DNA of 63,455 nucleotides, taken from positions 1 through 63,455 of the IMG/VR virus record IMGVR_UViG_3300043395_004412; one strand, given 5' to 3'. The notes under the pieces were generated by a model. The model did no database searches. It saw nothing but the letters and a program-made list of their open reading frames with translations, and was not told the origin of the DNA. The stretch is from a virus (Duplodnaviria > Caudoviricetes). Made by a program: the position numbers and the translations under genes. Position 1 is the stretch's first letter. Every line of letters begins with the position of its first letter. This document shows, one piece after another, positions 56,740 through 63,455 of this stretch.

Positions 56740-56991
56740 TTAATTAGAACCTGAATGTCTTTTTCTTGGCTCCATCTTTTCAAAATATCCCTCTTTTGTA
56801 CCTTTCCAATCCCAAGGTAAGTCGTTTCTCATGTTGTAGTCTAACTGCTCGTCAGAAATTCCTTTCAATTTCTTTTTAACTTTCCATAACCAAGAAACTT
56901 CCTCGTCTTTTTTTTCAAACTTTTGCTCTTTGACCACCTTATCAATTATTTTGGTCAAATCGGCTTCAGTTAATTTTATAACTTTTTTCAT
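56740..56991 (-). CDS. Hypothetical protein with leader motif
   Basis: MKKVIKLTEADLTKIIDKVVKEQ. Confidence 0.75.
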   Translation of the reverse strand: MKKVIKLTEADLTKIIDKVVKEQKFEKKDEEVSWLWKVKKKLKGISDEQLDYNMRNDLPWDWKGTKEGYFEKMEPRKRHSGSN

Positions 56992-57012
56992 AGAAGTTTT
57001 TTAATAAATAGT

Positions 57013-57393
57013 TTAATTCATCCATTTACTAATAACCTGACCATCAGGTCTTACTACTGCAAAACCTGTTTTTTTGTTTCTTTCTATACCAACATAAGGT
57101 AAAAACCTATTAAAGTGATACTCAACCAAGTAATGTGGGTCCAGTTCTTTTTCATACATATTATCATCGTCCATCTCAGGGTCATTTACGTAAATTCTTA
57201 AAATAAAATAATTGATATCCTCAAGTTCATAAACATCAATATGGTCTACCATAGGGTAGATATCTTTGATGTTACTTTGGTTGATGTATTTTGTTAATGG
57301 TTTATTGATGTATTTGGCAATTTCGTCCAATTTGGAGTTTGCTATCTGATAATGTTTAACAGTAGGATATGTGATAGTGTGTTCGTTAATCAC
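57013..57393 (-). CDS. Hypothetical protein
   Basis: IYPMVDHIDV, LDPHYL. Confidence 0.7.
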   Translation of the reverse strand: MINEHTITYPTVKHYQIANSKLDEIAKYINKPLTKYINQSNIKDIYPMVDHIDVYELEDINYFILRIYVNDPEMDDDNMYEKELDPHYLVEYHFNRFLPYVGIERNKKTGFAVVRPDGQVISKWMN

Positions 57394-57396
57394 TTT

Positions 57397-57912
57397 TTAT
57401 TCGGTTTTTTTTGTTTTTATTCTATTACCCAAAACCAAAAGTAACAAACCAACAACAAATGATATTTGATTATCTAATCCAACTTTGGATAATTCAGGTA
57501 GAACCGAATTTATTAAATAAGATATTGGTATATTCAAAAAAACTAAATTAACAACTCCAAGAGATGCCAATGACGCGTAAACTCCATTCATAATCTTATC
57601 TTTTGTACTCAATCCATCATCTTCTTCGGTCATTTCTAAATTCATATTCATTGAATCGTAATCCACTAAATCATCTGCTAATGATATTGCAGTCATAGGG
57701 TCTGTTTCTGAATCAATCCCGATTGAGATAAGTCCATTTTTCAAATTAATTAATTCTTTTGCTGAAGCACCTGCAAGGGCATTATCAACTAACCTATTTA
57801 ACTTTGGCGAATTTATAATTTGAGAAACAAGTTCTATTTGTTTTTGTTCAACAATAACTTTTTTTACTATTTTTGATAAATCTGACTCAGTTAATCTAAC
57901 AATTTTTTTCAT
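57397..57912 (-). CDS. Membrane protein with leader motif
   Basis: MKKIVRLTESDLSKIVKKVIVEQ; two C-terminal TM helices. Confidence 0.78.
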   Translation of the reverse strand: MKKIVRLTESDLSKIVKKVIVEQKQIELVSQIINSPKLNRLVDNALAGASAKELINLKNGLISIGIDSETDPMTAISLADDLVDYDSMNMNLEMTEEDDGLSTKDKIMNGVYASLASLGVVNLVFLNIPISYLINSVLPELSKVGLDNQISFVVGLLLLVLGNRIKTKKTE

Positions 57913-57945
57913 ACAATTATTTAAAATAAATACTTTGTGTTTTTT

Positions 57946-58377
57946 TTAGAACAGAAGCTCTTTTATTCTTTTGATATTTTCGTTTAATTTTGTAAAATAT
58001 CTATATTTCAATCTCTTGTCTTGAGTTTCCTCAATCTCATACAGTGAAAAATAATCTTTATCTAAATTATAACCCGTTTGAAATCCCGCAGGATTTTCGT
58101 CATAGTTAACAATCATCTCATCTCCTTTGTTAACGTCTTTTGTTGTTACAATAAAATAATTATAGTCTCCACCGTCTATTAATTTACAATTGGGTACTTT
58201 ACTGTGATTAATATACCTTCCCAAATCGGAATATAAAAAACCCTCATTGGTTAATACCATACCAAGACTTTTTTTTCCTGAGTCAATTTTGTTTTTAGCA
58301 AAAACGCCTTTGCCATGAATTTTACTCTCATCAATCAAATATTCATACTCATCTTTTATGTCTTTACGTATTTCCAT
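57946..58377 (-). CDS. SET-domain protein
   Basis: SKIHGKGVFA, GRYINHS..PNC, KGDEMIVNY. Confidence 0.92.
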   Translation of the reverse strand: MEIRKDIKDEYEYLIDESKIHGKGVFAKNKIDSGKKSLGMVLTNEGFLYSDLGRYINHSKVPNCKLIDGGDYNYFIVTTKDVNKGDEMIVNYDENPAGFQTGYNLDKDYFSLYEIEETQDKRLKYRYFTKLNENIKRIKELLF

Positions 58378-58390
58378 CTAAAATAAATAT

Positions 58391-58415
58391 AAAAAACCCT
58401 CCTAATTGGAGGGTT
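58391..58415 (-). terminator. Intrinsic terminator
   Basis: AACCCTCC-AATTA-GGAGGGTT + T-run. Confidence 0.75.
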
Positions 58416-58431
58416 CTATTGAAGTTTCATA

Positions 58432-59880
58432 TTACATTGCTATTTTAATTTGGGATTTGAGATAATCAGCTTGTTTGGCAAGTTTCACCAAAAACTTTCG
58501 ATATTCCTCAGGATTAGTGGATAGATTTTTAAAGTGACCAGATATTACAGGGTCATTATACTTTAAAACACGAGAAACGTCATCGGACCAACTCATAACA
58601 TTTCCTTTTGTGTAATTGATAATCCCATCCAACGCCTTAATTAATCTATTCTTATCCATACTTTTAGTTAAAGTCTCTACGTTAGTTGATAAACTTTGTA
58701 AAACCATAGTGTTGTTTGCAATAATTTCATTTGGATTTAGAATATATTTTTTCAAAGCACTGTTGAAATAATTTTGAGCCTTTTCTTTAAAACCTAATTT
58801 TCCAAGAGTTTCTGCAGTTGCTAAGTCTTGCATTCCTTGCAAAGCTTCCGTGGAATATTTTTTTACATACACGGGACTTTTTACGATGGAAGGGTCTTTT
58901 ATATGTGCAAACTCGTGATAAAGAACATCCTCAATTTGTTTTGTGCTCAGTGTTTTAACGTTATCTTTAACAATATAGATAGCATCACCCGCAGTATTTG
59001 CAAACATCATATTACCTGAACTCGCAGGTAATTTTTGTTGGACTAAAGATTTTGGTACAGTAAAAATTTTTATAGTTCTTGGCCCTGATTTAGATGTAAG
59101 GGTAACCGATTTGATTACACTATCATCAAGTGCCATAGATGCGACCTTTTGGATTTGAGAAATTTCTTCTTTGGCAAATTTGATACCAAATCTCGAAACG
59201 AAATTAGCAACCTGTGGAGCTGCTTGTCCTCCTGATTTAAGGGTTTGTAAAAAATAATTTTGGTCTGCAGCTCCAGATATAAAATCTCTCATTAATTTTT
59301 CATAAGCATCTTGACCATACCTTGAAATATAAGCAGGTTTTAATTTGGCAATCTCATTTACAAGAGGTGATAGTTTTCTTGATGCCGCGGTTAATACAGT
59401 TTGAACAGATGGAGCGTTAGTTGCAACTTGTTTCACCAATTCAATTTCAGCTGGTGCTAATTTTGCACCTGTAGATAATTTGGATGTAATGGTTTTCCAT
59501 ACTGCAGATGATGTCTCCTTAACCCCAGGAATTTTTCCGATAAAAGGCAATAAAGAAAATACCCCTGAAATTGCGGCACTTGTGTTATCTCCTTCCTTGT
59601 AATATAATCCAGCATCTAATAGTCCAATCCCTGCGGAAATGAATGGACCTGCAACAGGAATGAATGCTGTTCCAATACCTACAATGGCCAAAACCAAGTG
59701 TGGGTCAACATCCTTAAACATCAACTTTTGAGACTGAGTAATGATATCATCCACTTTTTTATAATCCGCATCACTTCTTATTCCCACAGCATTTGCTAAT
59801 GCATTACCACGTCTATCCATCATGAAATCGGACTGTTCCAACAGAAAAGAATATTGTCTTTCAGAAATAATAATTTTCAT
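58432..59880 (-). CDS. Leader motif + pre-toxin-TG-like hydrophobic region + HExxH domain
   Basis: MKIIISERQY; AFIPVAG...LDAGLYYKEGD...LLPFIG; VLYHEFAH. Confidence 0.75.
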   Translation of the reverse strand: MKIIISERQYSFLLEQSDFMMDRRGNALANAVGIRSDADYKKVDDIITQSQKLMFKDVDPHLVLAIVGIGTAFIPVAGPFISAGIGLLDAGLYYKEGDNTSAAISGVFSLLPFIGKIPGVKETSSAVWKTITSKLSTGAKLAPAEIELVKQVATNAPSVQTVLTAASRKLSPLVNEIAKLKPAYISRYGQDAYEKLMRDFISGAADQNYFLQTLKSGGQAAPQVANFVSRFGIKFAKEEISQIQKVASMALDDSVIKSVTLTSKSGPRTIKIFTVPKSLVQQKLPASSGNMMFANTAGDAIYIVKDNVKTLSTKQIEDVLYHEFAHIKDPSIVKSPVYVKKYSTEALQGMQDLATAETLGKLGFKEKAQNYFNSALKKYILNPNEIIANNTMVLQSLSTNVETLTKSMDKNRLIKALDGIINYTKGNVMSWSDDVSRVLKYNDPVISGHFKNLSTNPEEYRKFLVKLAKQADYLKSQIKIAM

Positions 59881-59901
59881 TAAGGATAAATAGTCTACAA
59901 A

Positions 59902-60291
59902 TCAATCTGAAATGGTATAATCTTCCAAATCTTCTTTATCATGTCTACGTAAATCAGATTTATCTAAACGTTCGACGTGAAATTTTTTATCCAAAAGATT
60001 TCCAAATAATGCAATCAATAATACTTCCAACAGTTTTTGGTCTAATGGTATGTAGGATATAATCTTGTTAAGATGTTTTGTAGAGATAGTCAACTCGTCA
60101 TATGCACGGTCAAAGGTAAAAACGGTCTCACCGTCTTTATCCCAAACTATAATTAGACGTTGCGGAGAATCATTAGTCAATTTCCACCATTTACCTTCCC
60201 AAGAATCATCAATCCTGTTTCTTATATCAAACGGAGCTAAAATACTCTCAATAAGTTTCAAAGCACGTTCAGGAGTAATTTTATATTTCAT
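59902..60291 (-). CDS. Hypothetical protein with leader-like N-terminus
   Basis: MKYKITPERALKLIE. Confidence 0.7.
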   Translation of the reverse strand: MKYKITPERALKLIESILAPFDIRNRIDDSWEGKWWKLTNDSPQRLIIVWDKDGETVFTFDRAYDELTISTKHLNKIISYIPLDQKLLEVLLIALFGNLLDKKFHVERLDKSDLRRHDKEDLEDYTISD

Positions 60292-60326
60292 CAACAATAA
60301 ATAGTCAAACCCCTTATCTGAGATGG

Positions 60327-60608
60327 TCAATCGAAGTTTCTACAATTTTCAACATAATAATCCCTGAGCTCATCTTTCATTTCAGTATTGATGAATTTTT
60401 CGACATATTCAAAGTTTTCATCATTAATCCAATCCAAAGTCAACGTGTCTTTTGTTTCACGAATCAAAAAATATATGAATGTTTCAAAATCGGGAGCATC
60501 ACACGGATACTGATAAAAAAACTGAGATTTTACCAATTGTCTAATTTGGTTAAGTCTTCTTTTAACAACTATACTATTATATTGGTCTTCAGTAATGATA
60601 TATTTCAC
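60327..60608 (-). CDS. Hypothetical protein with leader motif (GTG start)
   Basis: MKYIITEDQY. Confidence 0.72.
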   Translation of the reverse strand: MKYIITEDQYNSIVVKRRLNQIRQLVKSQFFYQYPCDAPDFETFIYFLIRETKDTLTLDWINDENFEYVEKFINTEMKDELRDYYVENCRNFD

Positions 60609-60638
60609 AAACAATAAATATCACAACCAAGTTGTACC

Positions 60639-60812
60639 CTACGAATGTATTTTTTTTGCTCCACCCATTGCGGAACGGATAAGAGCAATACGATATAGGT
60701 CTTTGTATTTCTCCATTTGAATATGTTCTTCTTCAGTCAAAGGTGGACCTGTAGGAATCTTCCGAGTTTCAATTCGAATTAATTCAACAGAATATGAATT
60801 ATTTTCATTCAT
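60639..60812 (-). CDS. Hypothetical 57-aa protein (not in ORF track)
   Basis: MNENNSYSVELIRIETRKIPTGPP... Confidence 0.55.
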   Translation of the reverse strand: MNENNSYSVELIRIETRKIPTGPPLTEEEHIQMEKYKDLYRIALIRSAMGGAKKIHS

Positions 60813-60849
60813 ATCCAAAAAATAATAAGAATAAATAATAAAACAAAAT

Positions 60850-60985
60850 TAAACGACCCCTTTTTCTGAGATGGTTTCTACGACGGGGGATATTCGGTCC
60901 GACGAAGTCGGTCGGGGACGGCGGTCGGAGGATTTCGGGGGAAAATACCGACGGAGTCGGTTTCGGTTTGCGAATACAGACCAAA
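60850..60985. other. GC-rich intergenic hairpin cluster
   Basis: CCGAC-GAA-GTCGG, ACCGAC-GGA-GTCGGT, GGTTTG-CGAATA-CAGACC. Confidence 0.6.
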
Positions 60986-61025
60986 AAGAAGAATTTATTC
61001 TCCCTTCAAATAATTTCTTACCATA

Positions 61026-61514
61026 TCAAAAAGAATAAGTCGGGATTTTAATCTTCTCAACTCCACGTTCTTCTTTCATAAATCTGATGTAATCGTCAAG
61101 TAAAGATTGTACCTCATCAAGAACACCAGCTTCTTCAGCAACGGCAAAGAGATTAAAATTACGATTAATATCGTTATGAATTTCTAAGTAATTGTTGTAA
61201 AGGTTAAAAGCGAATTTACCAGTTCTGAATATCTCTTTAATTTCGGGATTTTTAATCATAATCATGCTAACATCTGATTGTCTATCAATATATCCCTGAA
61301 ACTCGGTTTTCCCTCTTTCTCCCGTCACACACCATTTTGTGTCGGAACCATATTTACAAGAGGCGGTATAGGTCAATGGAACAACTTGCAAAAAATTCTC
61401 CGTATCAGATATAACAATCCTTTCATCTTTGGAAATCTTATACTTGGTCTCATTGATTACTTGTCTAACCAATCCAATCAATTCCGACTCGGTTAATCTG
61501 ATAACTTTTCTCAT
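61026..61514 (-). CDS. Hypothetical protein with leader motif (paralog domain of 22435..23436)
   Basis: MRKVIRLTESEL; PLTYTASCKYGSDTKWC. Confidence 0.78.
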   Translation of the reverse strand: MRKVIRLTESELIGLVRQVINETKYKISKDERIVISDTENFLQVVPLTYTASCKYGSDTKWCVTGERGKTEFQGYIDRQSDVSMIMIKNPEIKEIFRTGKFAFNLYNNYLEIHNDINRNFNLFAVAEEAGVLDEVQSLLDDYIRFMKEERGVEKIKIPTYSF

Positions 61515-61553
61515 ATCAATAAATACCAAATATTCCCAAAAAGGGGTTAGGGT

Positions 61554-62228
61554 TCAAGATGATTTACCACCTTTCCTCATATGAGAAGTTATATCATCAA
61601 AAAAGTCTTTTCGAAGTCGTGCTTTATGATATGCGGTCGGACTTTGTTTTTGAAATTCCGAACGAGAATTATATTTCTGAGCCTCATCTCTTAATGCCAT
61701 ATCATTCCATTTGGACGATTTAACCATATGTGATGTAACATCTTTTAAGTAGTCAGTACCCTTCCTGTAAATTGCTTGATAAAGATTATTATTTTTTTGT
61801 CTTAATTCCAATAATGAGTCGTAATTCAAAACTTCTCTTCTTATTTTATCATCAGTCCACCCTTTATCCAAATGTGAGGTTACATCCGCAAAGAACTCAG
61901 GTCCTTTCTTTCTTGCCGCCTGATAAAGATTTATATTATTTAGTCTCAAGTCAAACATTGAATCATATTTCAAGAGCTCCTTTCTGAGCTCATCATCAGT
62001 CCATTTACGTTTCGGAACCATATGAGATGTTATGTCTTTGTAAAAATCTTTTCCTTTTTTTCGAGCCGTATTAAGGGCATTGTAATCTCCTCTTCTGAAA
62101 TCATCTATAGTGTTATACTTTTTTGCAACTTGACGAAGTGATTCATCCGACCATTTTCTAGGTTTTCCTAAATCTTCATCCAAATGATTAACATATTCTA
62201 ATAAAATTTTTTTGATTAAATCCTTCAT
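61554..62228 (-). CDS. Protein of four ~49-aa helical repeats (homing-endonuclease-type DNA-binding repeats) with leader motif
   Basis: 4x W.D..LR....KY.S...(L/F)R.....Y..AR.KG..F..D(I/V)TSHM. Confidence 0.8.
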   Translation of the reverse strand: MKDLIKKILLEYVNHLDEDLGKPRKWSDESLRQVAKKYNTIDDFRRGDYNALNTARKKGKDFYKDITSHMVPKRKWTDDELRKELLKYDSMFDLRLNNINLYQAARKKGPEFFADVTSHLDKGWTDDKIRREVLNYDSLLELRQKNNNLYQAIYRKGTDYLKDVTSHMVKSSKWNDMALRDEAQKYNSRSEFQKQSPTAYHKARLRKDFFDDITSHMRKGGKSS

Positions 62229-62405
62229 TAATTATAAATATTCATCATCCAAAAAAGGGGTCGGGGTTTAAGCCGACCGAAGGGAGAGTAATTCTTCTAC
62301 GGTCATTTGTCGTTCGTTTTCATTTTCCATATGATATACACAATTCCCATGACGACAACAAAACACGCCACACCTATTAAATTAAAAAAAAGTTCACTAT
62401 CCATA

Positions 62406-62591
62406 TTAATCAATTTTATGTATCTCCTTATCCCCTCCCATAACATCCCGTTCCATTTTCTCTTTCATTGATTTCATACGTTTCAAAAAATTAAGCCTAT
62501 ACTCAGGTTTGATATCATCAACCGATATACTCAAATAAAGACCGTTCAAATAGTCCTTGAATTTTTCCAACCTTGAAACTTTGTCCTCCAT
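62406..62591 (-). CDS. Hypothetical protein
   Basis: Short ORF. Confidence 0.55.
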   Translation of the reverse strand: MEDKVSRLEKFKDYLNGLYLSISVDDIKPEYRLNFLKRMKSMKEKMERDVMGGDKEIHKID

Positions 62592-62677
62592 AAAAAACAA
62601 AAATAGAAAAAACCAAAAAAATTTCCAAAAATTTTTTTTTGAGTATAGGGGACCTTTTTAAAAGAGGGGGTCAATGT

Positions 62678-63172
62678 TTAAGATAAAGACTCTATCTTAT
62701 TTAAAACTGAAACAACAAGTGGGGAACCTTCCCCCATATAATTGGTGAGGTCATCAACAACCCCAAACAAATTGGAATCCTTATTCCCCACCTCATCAAG
62801 ACCTGCAAATAATCCAAAGATAAATGTTGGAAGAATGGTAGATACCCTTCCATTAAGAAGAGACTTATTTCTTTTTGTTATTAACTTGAAACCCTGACGT
62901 TTCATAAAACCAAGGGTCCCCCAAAATGAATCGATACTCTTAGAAGTAGATGGAATGATAACTGATGAAATATATTTCTGTGTAGTTGGGGAAATCTGTG
63001 ATGAAGTCTTTGCATCATTTTCAATATATCCCTTCAAACCATATAACGCATCAAACAAAGGTTTCCCATGTTCCATAACCATGGAAGGTTCGATGTTGTC
63101 GTACTTTTTTAATGATTGAAGAAATTTCTCTCTTCCGATACTAAATGCTCTATCCCATTCGGTCTTAGTCAT
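62678..63172 (-). CDS. Hypothetical protein
   Basis: TATTTAT upstream. Confidence 0.7.
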   Translation of the reverse strand: MTKTEWDRAFSIGREKFLQSLKKYDNIEPSMVMEHGKPLFDALYGLKGYIENDAKTSSQISPTTQKYISSVIIPSTSKSIDSFWGTLGFMKRQGFKLITKRNKSLLNGRVSTILPTFIFGLFAGLDEVGNKDSNLFGVVDDLTNYMGEGSPLVVSVLNKIESLS

Positions 63173-63191
63173 ACAAATAAATATCACAAAT

Positions 63192-63220
63192 AAAAAACCC
63201 CTCTTTATGGGGAGGGGTTT
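63192..63220 (-). terminator. Intrinsic terminator
   Basis: AAACCCCTC-loop-GAGGGGTTT + T-run. Confidence 0.75.
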
Positions 63221-63251
63221 AAGAATATTTTAAATAAATGTTAGTATCAAT

Positions 63252-63455
63252 TTATTTGTTGAAGAGCTTATCTTCAACATGTTCCTCAACATAGTCAATA
63301 CCACCAACCAAATCTTTTCCCATTGTTTTCATGAACTTTTTCAATTCAGAAATTTTGGAGTTTAATTCTTTGAATGATGGATGTTCATTTATAAACTCAT
63401 ATTTTTTACCCTCATTCAATACTTGTTCATCAAGTTTGGATAGTTCCTTTTTTCC
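63252..63455 (-). CDS. Partial CDS (5' end outside window)
   Basis: Open frame ...LDEQVLNEGKKYEF...DKLFNK*. Confidence 0.7.
   Translation of the reverse strand, partial: GKKELSKLDEQVLNEGKKYEFINEHPSFKELNSKISELKKFMKTMGKDLVGGIDYVEEHVEDKLFNK

Noticed and set aside
1-63455. Stop-codon reassignment as in some large phages
   Set aside because: Conserved genes are full length in the standard code, TAG and TGA both end genes, and no suppressor tRNA is present

Overview
AT-rich, densely coding segment of a large (jumbo-type) tailed phage genome read in the standard genetic code. The host is most likely Bacteroidota, inferred from many TTTG-N20-TAnnTTTG promoters and Bacteroidota-style lipoproteins. 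The window holds seven canonical tRNAs and auxiliary genes (two tandem carbamoyltransferases, ClpP, ThyA, PPK2, IscU/IscA, cyclophilin, 2OG-Fe(II) oxygenases, sulfotransferase-like proteins, a SET protein). It also has a GH19 lysis cassette, an array of modular lectin/LamG adhesins, and many hypothetical proteins. Features the ORF track does not explain: (i) three tandem host-type promoters at 39.5-40.15 kb, each driving a putative non-coding RNA (a ~45-nt hairpin, a tRNA-like RNA with a UUCG hairpin inserted in its D-loop and no proper anticodon arm, and a ~310-nt structured RNA with a terminator); (ii) a ~190-nt structured RNA inside the tRNA array; (iii) about 25 unrelated proteins sharing short N-terminal leaders (e.g. 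MKxIIxESQ), mostly behind a TATTTAT motif, suggesting a capsid-targeting and cargo-delivery system; (iv) two leader-peptide/attenuator-like elements; (v) a GC-rich island of GNA-triloop hairpins. All calls come from reading motifs by eye; no database searches were run.
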